A DNA stretch of 64,000 nt from Ministeria vibrans ATCC 50519 (GCA_943704425.1 CALSCP010000648.1:1-64000), one strand, 5' to 3'. Counted from the stretch's first letter, positions 38,992 to 52,863 are shown. Made by a program: numbers and translations. The notes: generated by a model not told the origin, from the sequence alone.

Positions 38992-41446
38992 ATGGCTGAC
39001 GAGTTCAACCCCTTCGCGGACCCTGACGACGCCGTCACGCCGCCCCCAAGCACCGTCCAGCAGAGTGCCCCGCCATCCGACACTTCCGCCGCCACTCCCG
39101 ACGCCCCTGCAGCCGCCACGGAGGTATGCCCCGCCCCACGGACCGCCCCGTCTCCGCTGTTGCCTCTCCCGTGGCCCTTTGTCCGTCCCTCTTCAAAATC
39201 ATAATTATTATTATTATTATGAATTATTTTTGCTGGGGATTGTTTCTTTTTTTTTTTTTTTTTTTTTTTTGGACTCTTGATCACATGCTACGCCTAGCTG
39301 GCGCGCTCTGGACGCGTGTCTTGCGCGGGAATATCGTGCCTTTGCTTCCTTCTGCCCCTTCCAACTTTGAAATGCACCCAACAGTGCTCCTTTGGTCCTC
39401 TCCAGCGCTCTTTTTTGTTCGTTTTTGTTGTTCGCATTTTTGTGCTCAAGTGACTTTGCCACAGTCGGTACTCGCTCGCCCGGCTCCGTACCACGCTGCA
39501 GTGGGCCTGTGTATTGTGTTGGTGCAGGCGCGCCGTCGTGCCGTGCGCTCCGTCGCCCGTGCGCAAATGAGACTGTGACTCAGTCAGAGAGAGACAGAGA
39601 GACAGACACTCTCTGTGTGTCTGACTCGGATGTTTTGATTGTTGCAGAAGAAAAAGAAGAAGAAGAAGAAGGGGCAGTCGGAGACCATTGACGACTCGGT
39701 ACGAGACAAGACAAACAGCCCCCCCCCCCTCCAAACTACAACAACGTCGTGTGTGATTGTTGACACTCTTCCCTCTGGTGCGCCTCCTCCACACTACACA
39801 GGCCTTCGCTGCATTTGGAAATGCGCCTGCGCCTGTGGCAAGCAGCACCACGGAGACCACTCCAACATTTGCAGGCGAGCCTGTGGCGACCCCAGCGGGC
39901 TACCTTGCTCCCACACCGGTCGCCAACACGGCGGAAACGCAGTTCCTGCGTGAGCAGCTGCGCGCCAAAGAGAACGAACTGGCCGAGGCCAAGACCCAAC
40001 TTGCCGCAGCCAACGGCGGCAGCGGGCCCCGTCGCAAGCCCAATTTCCCTCTGTGCTACCGTACGCTACAAAAGAAAAGAAAAGTAAGCTGATTGGGTTT
40101 GTGTTGGTTTATTTTAGCGGTTTGTTACCATAACATTAACGGCGATTTTGGCTCTGAGCCTGACATGAAGAATATGCTTTGGATCATGTTTGTCATTTAT
40201 TGGGGTAACAACGGCGCATCCGATAATGACAACGCGCGCCTTGCGCTCCGCGAGAGACGNNNNNNNNNNAAAAAAAAAAAACACACACACACACACCTGA
40301 TTCATCAAATCTAACATTACACTATTCTGTTTTTGATTTCGTGTTGTGTATGTGTTTAGTTGAAGTTGCGGGATTTGCCTGGGGATTCCTGTCGTTTATT
40401 GCGACGTACTTCAGTAACAATCTTGGTTATGTAAGAACTCTCATTACATTTAGTAGGAAATGGCGAAACTGAACTATTGTGTATCACATTGTTTTTGTGT
40501 CTATCACATTGTGTCTTTCTCTCTCTCTATTTCGTGTAATTAGGGCGTTGGGTGTTCGAATGGCACATGCAATGATGCCACAAAAGCCTTTTTCCTGGGC
40601 CTCGTCTGGTTTCTCACTGGTCTCATTCTCCCTCTTCCTCTTCTTCACACTTGTATCTCATGTTTTTTTTTGTTTCTTTAGGAATTCCTTTGGCGTTTTA
40701 CTTTTTCTACTGGAAACTTTATTCTCTGCACTACCAAAGTACGTACATCCGATTATTATTATTATTATTCTTAATATTTTTATTGAACGTCACACATTTG
40801 TTGTTACCACTTGAAAAAGGAACTTACGATATGATTTATCAGCACACTGATTTTTGACAGACCAAAATGTAAACTCACTGTGCGTTGTGTTTGTAGCGTG
40901 CATTTCGGGTTCGCGTCCCACCATCAGCTACTGGTTCTGGATCCTTATGCACGGACCCGTCAATGTCATTTGGTGTCTGCTCAATATGATTGGAACACCC
41001 GGAATTCCCGGAACTGCGTAACGATTCACTCTGTCACTCGCACAGACTATTCTAATAATTCTTGTGACTGTTATTATTTTGGTTTGTGCTAGTGGGTTTA
41101 TGATTGCCATTGGGTTCTTCAATGCGCCTGGTGAGTCTGGCTTCCATGGCAACGCCACCAACATGCATCTCTTTGGTGTCTTCTACATTTTTGCTGCCAT
41201 CTTCTGGATGGTTGCGGCGGTTGGTATGAACTCGAGAGTGACATGGTGGATGTTTTTACATGCCCACAAAAGCAGAAGACTGACTCATACTCTTGCGCAG
41301 GTGGCATCTATGTCGTGTTCAAGACGCACCGCTGGTTCAAGCAGCAGGGCGGCAGCAACCCGTCTACCGCCGACATCCAACGCGGCGTCGTCTCGGGCGC
41401 TGTTAATGCGTATACTGACCCGGAACGTGCGCCTCTCGTCAACTAA
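38992..41446 (+). CDS. SCAMP: Secretory carrier membrane protein (SCAMP)
   Basis: N-terminal NPFADP; coiled coil; RKPNFPLCYPVCYHNI; four TM segments with FYFFYWKLYSLHY; multi-exon, spans an N-gap. Confidence 0.8.
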
Positions 41447-41501
41447 AGATGATTGAACATATTTTTTACGTTCGAAAAGCACTCTGTTACATTTTGTTTC
41501 A

Positions 41502-43304
41502 TTATTTCATTCCCAAATAGACAACTGCGTCGTCTCTTTGTCTGGTGGGGGTTTTGGTGGTGGTGGTGGTAGGCACGACGGCAGAGGGGCCTTGACGTGG
41601 CGCAGGCTGAGGGGTGGCAGTGGCACTGACGACTGTAGTCGGCGTGACGGCTCGACTGCTGGACTCGCTGCCAGAGGGCGAGGCGCCGGCTGCTGCGTGC
41701 TCTTCAAGATGAGGTGGAACAACACATAGAGCGTCGTCGCGACTGCTCAAGTGTCTTAGAAGTGGCGCAATGTGCTTGTTGTCGTCGTCGTCGTCGTCGT
41801 CATCGTCGTCGTCGTCGTGAAAGTCCTCCTCCTTGATGGTGGGTGCAAAGGTGGCTGAAGCGGACCGCACGCTTGTGCGCTGCGAGAGCAGTTGTGTCTG
41901 CATGGACGTTTGGGAGGGAAACCCCGCGGCGACCACGCCGTCTGCCGTTGTGGGTGTCACTGTATCGTATACGGACATGATGGCATTTGCACTGGTGGGG
42001 CGTTCGAGGGTCGAGATGGGAGAACTCGATATCGACGAGGGTCCCGAAAAGGAAGACGTGGGGTGTAGGGAGGGACAAGAGACGCCGCTGTTCATCAAGG
42101 GAGCGTATTGGCCTTGGATTTTGCGGGGCGTGGGTGTGTCGTACGGATGATTGGGACCCGAGTGAGCGGGCGAGCGTGGTGGAGTCTGGGGCATGGTTCT
42201 CGAGGTAAGTGACGAGCGACGGTGCGGGTGGTCCAGTAAGCTTGTGCGCTCGTTCTGTTGGGCCGCGACAAAGGCGCGTTTGGGACGGGCGTCGAGGGCC
42301 TCCCGAGTCCTCGTTTGCGACAGCGAGAACGAGTCGCCATCTGTCACTTGGTCAACCTCTTTGCGGATCCAATGGGAAAGTGCAAGCTCAAGTACTCCGC
42401 TGATCACCGTTGCGGAGGCCATGCCGATCAGCGTGGTCGTCGGTACGCCGTTCGTGTTGCCTGGGAGAGTCCCGTTGACGTCCCAGTGCGCCCGAGACAT
42501 GGTCCACATGACTTTGACTAGAGCGAATCCAAGCGAGAGCAGCGGTACCACGCCATAGGCAGCTCGGAAATACACTGCCGTGAAAATGTGTGCCACTGTG
42601 AGGCCGCGTAACCTAATATACATCATTTATTTTTACTGAACAGTGAGTGCAGAGCATAATTTACATTATGCAGAGTATAACAATAATAACAATAACAGTA
42701 ATGCTCAATGATGGAAGTATAGAGATCGCTTCTTACCGATGGTAGCGAGCCCTCATAGAGTACCGAATGAAGACAAGGGCAACAACAAGGCAGACGACGA
42801 AGCGCATCCACGACAACTGCAGTGGAATGTGGAATGATGAGAAAAAAAAAAAAAACGAATCAACAGCGGTTTCCAAAAACGATCAAAAACACACAGGGAC
42901 GTTTGAGGCAGCGCCAACCCGCCTCTAAACCACGCCCATGGTGGCGTAGGAGACAGCAGCGTGGCAAATAGGACGAGCATTCAGGCGGAAGTGAGTGAAA
43001 GGTAAAACACAATTACGGAGCAAAAAAAAAAAAAAAAAAAAAAAAAAACAAAACCACAGCAAATGAGAGTAAGCTTGACAGATGCCGCGTGCAGCAGGGC
43101 AAGTTGTGGTCCGGGGTGGAGTTGGGGGCGTACAAAGAGAAGGTCGGTGACGGTGGCGAAAAAGTCGTAGGAAGTCTTAAGCTGAGAGCGGAGGGTGGCG
43201 TCGCCGTCGTTGCCGCAGCAGAAGCCTGAGGCTATCCACACGCCCGTGACGCTAAGGACGTCGAAGGTGGGGACCAGGAGGATCAATGATGAGTGGAATC
43301 TCAT
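41502..43304 (-). CDS. MENTAL-domain membrane protein (STARD3NL/MENTHO-like) with a long disordered tail
   Basis: Spliced (exons 43134-43304, 42764-42816, then 3' exon): LVPTFDVLSVTGVWI...YDFFATVTDLLFLSWMRFVVC...IRLR...GFALVKV...VLEL, following the MENTAL pattern TFD..W, Y.F...D....RF, RLR, LxKV, LE. Confidence 0.6.
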
Positions 43305-43461
43305 CTTAAAAGTGATCAGATCACTCAGATGGTCTTCGGACTGAGTCACCCTATTTGATCACTATTCAGTATTCACTTCAGGTCTTCAGTCATCAGTCTT
43401 TTTGTTAATCTATCGTGCCGAGTCACCGTAATCGCTTCTGTCCGTTGCTTCAGCTATCAGC

Positions 43462-43984
43462 ATGGTATGGACCGTGAAAACAAAGTGGATTTGGGGTTCA
43501 TTGTGCACTCTGCTTTTCAGCCTCCCAAACAGACAGATCCCAGCAAGAAGAAGGTAGTTGTGCGCGTTGCACAGGTTCACATGTGTTCTCATGGCGTCAT
43601 TGTAGAAGAGAAAAGCAGCCGAGGACGAGCGGGTCGCGGAGCAGACCGTGAAAAAGCCGACCAGCGCCACTGGGGCCGAGAAACCCGCCAAGAAGCAGAA
43701 GAGCGCCTCGGCTAAGAGTGCCCCTGGTGGTTTGCCTACAAAGGACGCTGCGGAAAAGGCAAGATCATCAAAAAAAGCAGAATACTAATAGACCTTTGTG
43801 AGTCGTTTTGTGTGACTGTCACTCTCACTCTCTCACCCACGCTCTCTCTCTCTCTTTCTTCCCTATCACTTTGTCTCTCTCTCTTTCTTCTCTCTCTCTC
43901 TATCAATTTGTCTCTCTCTTTCTTCTTCTTCTCTCTCTCTCTCTATCACTTTGTTTCTTTCTTCTCTCTATCACTTTGTTTCTT

Positions 43985-44077
<93 letters not shown>

Positions 44078-44481
44078 GTCGATCTTGACGCATTGTTTGC
44101 GGGAAAGAAAAAGAAAAAGAGTGCAGCCGAGTTGGCTGCGGAAGCACGAGAAGAAGAGAGCGCAACAGCGTCCGAGGCTCCGTCGTCAAAGAAGGATGAG
44201 GACGACGACGATTTCTTCGACAGTCGCGGACTCAAGAAGAGTAATCAACGAATTGCAAACCAATCATACCTCTCTCTCTCTCTATCGCTTTGTTTCTTTT
44301 CTTCCTCTTCCCTCTCTTACACGTACTTTGTTTCGTCCTTTCTCTCTCATGGCTCACGTTATCTTCTGCAGAACGCAAGAAGGTGGATGGTCTCAATGTG
44401 TACACGTTTGATGAGCTCAAGGTGGGCAAAGGCGGAGGAGACACGCCCGATTGCCCCTTTGACTGTAAATGCTGCTACTGA
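43462..44481 (+). CDS. DUF1764 family protein
   Basis: VDLDALFAGKKKKK; FFDSRG; C-terminal RKKVDGLNVYTFDELKVGKGGGDTPDCPFDCKCCY. The first coding exon appears to be the ATG alone. Confidence 0.85.
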
Positions 44482-44548
44482 TCCATTTTTGAATGCAATT
44501 GTACACGATACTTATAATTATAATTAATACTACATGAAAAATTCCGTG

Positions 44549-45435
44549 TCATGCACCGAAAAAGACGACCGAATGATCGCCAATGCGGAACTGTGCAGAA
44601 TAGGGACTCTGGTGGGACGCCTCGTCGCGTCGCTCCACCGAAATTTGACCGTGTACATCAAGACTGCGCCCCGTCGTCAGTCCACGCACCGTCACCAAAT
44701 GGTCGGCCGAGTGGGCCAGGAGACACGCAAGGCGTTCACACTCGCTGTCGTCTGCGTCACTGTGCGACAGCACCACCACCCGCCCCGTCGCAGCGAGTGC
44801 CGCCCGACACTCCTGCACAAACGCCATCAGCTGCTCTGGGGTCGCTCCTACACTTACGGCCGCACTCAAATCGTCCACAATCAGTAGAGTGGCGTTGTGC
44901 AGCGTCTCTTGCAGGTGCAGACGCGCAAACAGCTGCGCCGCGCTCGCCTCTCCTTCCTCCTCCTCGAGCAACGCTCCCATCCCATCCACATACTTAAAGT
45001 GGCCTGATCTGGTCACCGCGTCCACGCTCACCGTCAGCTTCTTCAAGGCGCCCTCGTAGTGGCCCAGTGCCTGCGCAAACGACAGCAGCACAACCCGTCT
45101 AACGAGCCACAGCCGCACAAAAAAAGACAAACGCTGGAGTGAGCGCTGATCGTAGGAGCGACTTGGACCCACACGAAGTAGGCCACACGTCACCAGAAAC
45201 CCTCTACACAACTTACAGCCCTGTTCGAATCGCCCACGACGCGTAATGATGCAACACAAATTCGCCCGACGATTCAAGCTCATCCACCACCACCGTCAGC
45301 GTGTCCTAAGCGCCCTCACGTCACTTCCTCCCTCCCTCTCTCTCTCTCTCTCTATTTCTCGCCACTCCTCAAACAAACCTCAGGCGGTGGCACCTCCTGC
45401 GAGGCGCCCACAGCAACACACAGACTTGGAAACAT
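44549..45435 (-). CDS. ELP6: Elongator complex subunit 6
   Basis: MFPSL; VVLLSFAQALGHY; LLIVDDLS; LAHSADHLVTVRGLTTGRSLDVHGQI. Confidence 0.85.
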
Positions 45436-45575
45436 CACGAGATTAAAATAAAGTGATCGCAAATTATTATTAACAATAATAATTATTATTATTAATTATT
45501 CGAAATTAGAAGACGTATTTCGAATAAACTCCAACGAAAAGACATCAAAATATTGGAAACAAGTCACAATTTGTT

Positions 45576-46742
45576 ATGCCATCGTCAAGCGTGGTCACGA
45601 TCCTAGTGGTATGCCTTGTGGCACTACTGGTCGTTGTCCAAGTGACCGTTTTTGCGCCGGGTGACTATGGCGATCGGGCACCGTCGCGTGTTTCGCCCAG
45701 ACACTTTCGCGGCGCTCCCCTGCAGTCGCCCGAGCCCGAAGTCGTTGACGAGGAGCCTCCTGTTGTATCTGTTGCGCGGAATGGCGACGGTGAAGACGAG
45801 CAAGGAAACGCAGACGTGTCAATGGACGTGTCGGACGGCAAAACCGAAGAAGACACTGAGGGCGGGAGATCGACGCCTCCTGCCGCCGATCCTACCCTCG
45901 ACGTTGCATCCGACGCACCATTGGCCGACACTATCGCGAGCGGGGACGCGCAGGATGGCCGTGTGCCCGTGTCGGCCGTCTTGTTTCTCGCGCGCGCACT
46001 GGACAGTCTTCCTGTGACCCTGCGCACCTTCCACAGCGTTGTTCCCGTCGACGTGCCCCTCGCAGTGTATCGCCACGACGAGGCATCGCTTACGGGCGAG
46101 ACGGCCGCGGAACTCAACACTATGCGGACGGCTGGTCGACAGGTCACCTTTCCCACTGTTGTGCCTGATGCGACCGCCATGACCAAGAACGAGGCCTTCC
46201 GACAGGCTCACTTGCGGCAGACGTCGTGGTGGGACGATCTGGAGGGGCGCACGGTGCTCATGTTTGAGCCGGGAGTGATCTTTTGTCGCGACAGCGAATT
46301 GGACTTGGCGAGTTATGTGGCGCGCTTTGACTTTGTGGGCGCTCCGTGGGACCGACGTGACTGCGGCGCTGGGAAACTACTGCCCAAGTGTGTTGGCAAC
46401 CTGGGATTGGCCCTGGTCAATCGTGATATGGGCCGTAAAGTCGCCCAAACAAACGCACAACGCAAATCTTTCGATTCGCTCTGGTTCTCATCGCAAGTCC
46501 AACGGCAAAACCCACAAGCGCGCATCGCATCAGTCGACGAAGCACGAACATTTTCAGTCGAAACGCTTTGGGGTACGCCCGACGGCGAGTCCGAGATGGA
46601 CCGGGCGCCCTTTGGGGCCCGTCAGCCGTGGCTCTACCTGCCCCTTGGCAACCTCGAGCTACTCTACCGTGTCTGCCCCGACCTCACCCTTCTCAACCCT
46701 GTCAAGTTTCCTACAACCCCCTCTTCCCACACTGACTTGTAA
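45576..46742 (+). CDS. Type II membrane glycosyltransferase-like protein (DUF5672-like)
   Basis: N-terminal TM and acidic stem; WWDDL..VLMFEPGVIFC; FDFVGAPW; VGNLGLALVNR; EARTFSVET. Confidence 0.75.
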   Translation: MPSSSVVTILVVCLVALLVVVQVTVFAPGDYGDRAPSRVSPRHFRGAPLQSPEPEVVDEEPPVVSVARNGDGEDEQGNADVSMDVSDGKTEEDTEGGRSTPPAADPTLDVASDAPLADTIASGDAQDGRVPVSAVLFLARALDSLPVTLRTFHSVVPVDVPLAVYRHDEASLTGETAAELNTMRTAGRQVTFPTVVPDATAMTKNEAFRQAHLRQTSWWDDLEGRTVLMFEPGVIFCRDSELDLASYVARFDFVGAPWDRRDCGAGKLLPKCVGNLGLALVNRDMGRKVAQTNAQRKSFDSLWFSSQVQRQNPQARIASVDEARTFSVETLWGTPDGESEMDRAPFGARQPWLYLPLGNLELLYRVCPDLTLLNPVKFPTTPSSHTDL

Positions 46743-47251
46743 CAACAATGCTTCATGTTAAGCATAATAATAATAATTAATAATTAATAATAAGAATATA
46801 ATTTTGTCGAGTGATGAAACAGTTCGAATAGTTTATTATGTCAGATTCGGAATAGGCATGATTATAATTGTAAACTGTAAAGTGGAAGAAAAATCAAAGG
46901 GCATCAGGTTTTATTTGCCATAGACTTGCAGATCTCACTACCCGTCCATTATGTATCAATGCTTAAACATATAAGTATATTGACGATCATGACAACAATA
47001 ATTTATAAATAGGTTCGAGCAATGGATATATTTTAAGCATAAAGCATTTGCTGTTAATAGCTGTACTCAATAGAGTCAATACTCATCTTCTAATAACGAT
47101 TAACGAATAAGTGAGGGAAAGAGAGACGTCTTATGAATTGAAATTCAAATTCGAAACTAATAAGAATAAAACTATTAAATTTTTACTCCTTAATCTTTTA
47201 TTCACTTTATTGGTTTGCCTGTTCGTCACCCTACCCCTATCAAGACGAATC

Positions 47252-47630
47252 ATGGCGTCGGCTCAGGGAAAGAAAATGTCACGCGAAGAGTTTCGCAAAG
47301 CGAAAGAACTCGAAGAAGCGCGAAAGGCGGGTACCGCCGCACCAGAGTAAGTGATTCGGGTGCACACACTCTCTGGTCGCCGGAAAGCGGTGCAAAAGCG
47401 ACGCACTTCCGAACATCAAACAACTTTTTTTTTTTTTCTTGTTCATTTCTGCGTTTTGTCGACGATTACGTTTGAACCTCTGCTGACCCTTTTCGTTGCG
47501 ATTAGAACCGATGCGGACGGCAAGATCATCAATCCTCACATTCCTGTCTGGATGGCCAAGGTATCCAATCAGCCGTTGGACGATTGAGCGTTGCACAGTC
47601 GCAAAACAGCGTCTGTCGATTTCCTTTCCC

Positions 47631-47662
<32 letters not shown>

Positions 47663-49703
47663 CACTCCCCTTTGCTCCCTCCCCCCCCCCTTGCCTCACC
47701 CATGCCATCCATTCGTGTCGTAGGCGCCCTGGTACGTCGACAAAGGGCAGCCGGGGCTGCAGCACCAGAACAACGATCCGACCAAACGTGACTTCCTCTC
47801 AACCACTGTCAACGACGGCTGGTACGCCCGTGGCTCCACTGCTGCCCAACAGACCGAAGCCCCTCGAAAGTTCAAGAAGGGCGCCTGTCAAAATTGCGGC
47901 TCGACCTCTCACAAAAAAGCGGTAAAAACAGTTCAGTGCACTCATGTTGTGACTCACACACTCACATTCGCATGTAGGATTGTCTTGAGCGACCTCGCAA
48001 AATCGGCGCCAAGTTCTCCAACAAGTCTATTGCAGCAGCAGACGTACAACAGCCCGACTTGAGTCTGGGTTTTGAAGGAAAACGTGACAGGTAGGGAAAA
48101 AAATATTATAAAATTTATGCGTCTTGTGCTTCATTTTTCCACTTTATTGCAGATGGAACGGGTACGATGCGGAAGACTACCAACGAGTGGTGGAGGAGCA
48201 CGAGCGAGTGGAATTGGCAAAGAGATTGTTGAAAGAGAAGCGATTGGAAGAGGAGGAGCAGGAGAGAGCGGAACGGGAAGAGGCAGAGGCAAAGGAGAAG
48301 GGGGAGGAGCAGACGTCGACGGTTGATGGGCCAGACGAAGAGGCGACAGTGAAGGAGACGCGTGAGGGAGGAGGAGAGGAGAGCAGTGGCGACGAAGATG
48401 ATGAGTTTAAGTATGGCGATGATATGGATATGCCTGGAAGCAAGTTTGACGACAAAAAGCGCATTACGGTGCGCAATCTGCGTATTCGCGAAGACATCCC
48501 AAAGTATCTGCTCAATCTGGACCCCAACAGTGCGCATTACGACCCCAAGACTCGATCGATGCGCGGAAACCCATTTGCACACACGGGAAAGGACCCGCGT
48601 GAGCTGACGTATGCGGGAGACAACTTTGTGCGGATCAGCGGAGACACTCCGATGATGGCCAAGCAGCAGTTGTTTGCGTGGGACGCCAGTTCACAGTCCT
48701 CTGCGACAGGCGGTGGTGGTGCTGGGGGTGCAGGTGGGTTGCACATGCAAGCGGATCCGACGCTGGTTGAGCTGGCGCACAGGGAGTACCGTGAGCGCAA
48801 GGACAAGGCAGAGGGGGAGTCGCAAAAAACTATTGTCGAGCGGTATGGGGGGAAAGAGCACCTGGATGCTCCGCCAAAGGTATGAGGCCAAAAACTGTTC
48901 TTTTTTGTTGTTGTGAGGGAAACCTTCTTATTTTGTTTTTTTCTTCTCCATCTCTCTCTCTTTTGATCACGCCTTTTATTTTCTCTCAATATCTCTCGTA
49001 TCACTTTATTTCCTTTTGTCTGACTCTGGTGTTATGTTTTTGGCTGTAGGAGCTTCTTTTGGCGCAATCGGAGCACTATGTGGAGTATTCGAGGACGGGA
49101 AAAGTGATTCGCGGCCAAGAGAGGGCAATTGCCAAGAGCAAATATGTGGAAGATGAGTATGTGAACAACCACAAGAGTGTGTGGGGCTCCTTCTGGGAGG
49201 AAGGGCAGTGGGGCTACGGATGCTGCCACTCGACGGTGCGCAACAGTTACTGTGTGGGGGAGGCGGGGCGAAGTGCACGGGCGCAGGCGGAGCGGGTGAT
49301 GATGAAGCAGCTGGCGGAGCGCAAGGCAGCAGCAGCAGCAGGTGGTGGTGGTGATGGTGTGAAGAGCATGGTAGAGTTGCATCGAGAGCGGAAGGAGAAG
49401 GAAGCAGGAGGGAAGAAGGAGAAGGGGAGTCGCAAGGGGAAGCGGGAGGAAGAGGAGCGAGAGGATCGGGAGAAGCGTAAGAAACTCGCCGATGCGATTG
49501 CGCGAGAGGAACGACGGTCGCGCGAGGCGGAACGCGTGCTGAAGATGGACGAGCGTAAGAGACCCTACAGTAAAATGGGGGCGAGTGAGCAGAGTCTCAA
49601 ACCCACGGAGGAGGATATGGAGGCGTATCACTTGAAGAGACAGCGAACCGAAGATCCAATGGCCAAATTTCTTGGCAAAAATGACGACGAAATGGACGAG
49701 TGA
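47252..49703 (+). CDS. SLU7: Pre-mRNA splicing factor Slu7
   Basis: [14 protein letters not shown]; INPHIP; [23 protein letters not shown]; [31 protein letters not shown]; [11 protein letters not shown]; EDPMAKFL. Confidence 0.96.
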
Positions 49704-49983
49704 GGAACGATTGAGAGAGGAATCAGAGAGGGAAACATTATTACAGCACATTTGATTTTGTACACAACAACAACAACACCAACCATAATAATAATAATAC
49801 AAAGTAAAATTATAATAATTAATATCCCTTTCAATTTGTTCATTATTGAATTTTATTATTAATGAACCAATAATAATTATAATAATTATTTTTATAGTAT
49901 TATTCAAAAGAAGTAAAATGTTTATTTTTTGGTTTGTTTACATCGTCTGACTCTCCTCTACCTCTCTCTCACACACTGTCTAT

Positions 49984-52863
49984 CTATTTGTACTGCTTTG
50001 CTCTCTTTACAATGGCCTCCCGAGTTGCTTTGGTCTTATCGTGCAACGAGCGCTTTCGCTTGTGACTGACCTTTTTTCCATGAATGACCATCATGGCATT
50101 TTTCATCTTGGTCTTCTGCGCATTGGTCTTGCTCGAGTTGACATTGTGTTTGCCCTTCTTCCCTCCGCGCTTCTCGCGCCCTTCGCGCCCTTCCTTGACA
50201 CTCTCCATGCGCGTCTCGTAGTCGTGTGCTCGCTTGCGCTTCACGTGCGCCTCGATCGCACTCACCTTCACCCGTGTTCCTTGCAGAATCTCTTCGTCGT
50301 CGGAGTCATCATTGCCATCACTGTCATTCTCGCGCTGCTCTCGCTTGCGCTTTGCCTCGGGCGTCTCCGTCGTCTCCACTGTGATTGCGTCGCCGTGCTT
50401 TCGCTTGCGTCCTCTCCGCGCACTCTCGAGTCGTTCCTTGCGCAGTCGCTCAATCAGCTTGTAATCCGCTGGTGTCAACAGTCGCGTCTGCGACATCTCC
50501 GCTGCCTTTCGCTTCGCCTCGAGCGGATCCACCTCCGACGCCAGCACCACAGCCTCGCCGCTCTTCTTCTTACGCTCCTCCTCCGTCTCCTTCTCCTCAT
50601 CGTCACTGCTGTGTCGCACATCAATCCATCCCTCACTTTCCTCCCCACTGTCACTAGCATCCTCCCATCCTTCATCATCATCATCATCCGACTGGGCCCC
50701 AGCCGCTTCTTCTTCTTCTTCTTCTTCTTCTTCTCCTTCCTCCTCTCCCTCTTCGTCGTCATCATCGCTTCCACTCTCACTCGCACTCTCCCACTCATCA
50801 CCACTCTCCTCCCCATCGTCACCATCATCATCATCATCATCGGTGCGCTTCCTCTTCTTCTGCGCCTTCTCTTTGCTCTCCTCCTCCTTGCGCACTCGCT
50901 CCTCCTCCGCCTTGAGTGCCACTGTGCGCTCCTTTGCAATCTGCGCCGCCGCCAACAGCTCAGCCCCCGACGCAAACTCAGAGGGAGCATTCGCACCGTA
51001 ATCACGCGCAATCACCTTTCCCGCATAGTCAAAGTCGTCGTCCATCCCATCCGTACCCGCCATGCGGTACTTGCGCGGCAGCACACTTGGGTTGACCACC
51101 CGGAAGTGGCGGATGAGCGACCGCGCTGCCATTCCAATTCCTTTGTTGCGGTCTGTGCGGTACAGCGCCAGATCGCCCATGAGCGAGTCGGTCATGGCCA
51201 GCGGACAGCGCGCACACACCTCCCGCACCGCATTGAGTCCGACCGTGACCACTTCCGGCGCACTCTTGTCGTTGACAAAGTTGTTCACCAGTGTCATGAT
51301 GACCGGCTCAAGCACATCGGGCGGGAGCAGCTCGTGCGTCGCCTGCGCCAGATACGCAATGATGAGCGTCACATCCTTTTGGTGCGGCTGCAAATAGCGC
51401 TGAAGGAACGGGTAAAAGTTGAGCACAAACAACTGGTGCACGCCAATGACACGCGAGATGACATTCATCATGATGAGACGCACTTCAAAGCGCTCCGTGC
51501 TGCTCTTGAGACGCTTGAAGACCTTCTCGGCAAACCCTTGAGGGTCATTGATGTGCGCGAGCGCCGAGAAGTGGTGCTGCGGCTTCTTCTTCTTGGCCGC
51601 CTGGCGCTTTTTCAGCTGGTCCAGCGCGCGCTCCATGCGGCGTTGGCGCTTCCGTGTCTTCTTGGTCACCTTGGCACTCCATGTCACGTCCTTCTTGCTC
51701 TGCGGCAGATTCGGATCGTCCATGTCGCTGTCGTCTTCCTCTTCACTCTCATTCCCGCCGTCTGCGTCGTGCCCCACAAAGAACTTGAGGGCCGCCACTG
51801 TGATTTTCGTCTCGAGCGAGAAACACGCACTGGCAATGACATTGACTGTGTTACTGTCGTCCCAAATGTGCAGACGGTACAGCTCAATCATCACATCCAG
51901 CGACTTTTTTGCTGCCACCGCATTCGCATCCGACAGCATTGTATACATGAAGTTTTGAAGTGCTCGGTTGACCTATCACCAATGAACAGTCAATAATTAA
52001 ATATTTTTGGCTTTTTTTCCCCAGCTGACCTTTGTCTTTTTCGACTTGACGTTCATTGCGCGAATGTCACCGATGATTTGACGGTAGAGTGTTTCGCGCA
52101 GCAACTTGTCCTGACAGGCAAACAACTTGAAGTAGAGCTGGAGTACTTCGGCGGCGGGAATCATGTCCTGGCGGTAGAGGAGCGCGAGACAGCGCACCAG
52201 CGTGCGGCGCAGCTCAGCGTCAATGATCTTTGTGAGAACCCGATTTGTGAGTGAGTGAGTATGTTTTTCTCGAGGTTTGTTCTTTTTTTATCACCTGTGC
52301 GTGCTGTGCAAGAAGCTGGTGGATTTGACGGGGCACGGCGGCCGCGGCGGGGTCTGTAGAGGCGTAGAGGTGCGCTGAGTGCCCCAGGAACATTGCGAGT
52401 TCGCCCAGTTCGACGCTTGACGCCGACTGGGCGCTCGCCGCCGCGTTGTTGGTCGGTCCCGAGTCTGTGGCCGACGCAGCGGACGTGTCGAATATCCTTG
52501 CGGTCGCATGGAAGTGTCGCAGTGCCTGGAAGGAGAAACGTGAGTGGTCAAACATAAAAAGATCTCTTTGGCGTCGATGATTTTATTCCGTGGGCCGATG
52601 TGGAGCACAAGGCGAACAGAGTCAAGAGGGCAGGAAGGGCAAAAGGGAGTCTGGCGGTGGCGCAGGTGGGGCAAAGCGTGTTGGCGACGAAAATCAACCA
52701 TGTCAAAATTTCCCACGTGTAGGACAAAGGAGACTCCCAAATGGCACCGCTGTGCGACAGAGACGGATGGATCGTGGGGTGCGATGTCGTGTACCTGCGA
52801 AAATTCGTCGTGGTACGACTGGGGATCGCGACGGAGGAGAGTCTGAAGTTGAGGCAAATCCAT
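49984..52863 (-). CDS. SDAD1: Ribosome biogenesis protein SDA1
   Basis: LPQLQTLLRRDPQSYHDEF; IELYRLHIWDD; FSALAHINDPQGFAEK; NFYPFLQRYLQPHQKDVT; GLNAVREVCARCPLAM. Confidence 0.95.

Noticed and set aside
47561-47723. GTATCC donor suggesting a U12-type intron (also at ~30459)
   Set aside because: Lacks the GTATCCTT extension and the TCCTTAAC branch site.
50041-51996. 651-aa + strand ORF
   Set aside because: Antisense shadow of the GC-rich SDA1 exon; no recognisable motifs.
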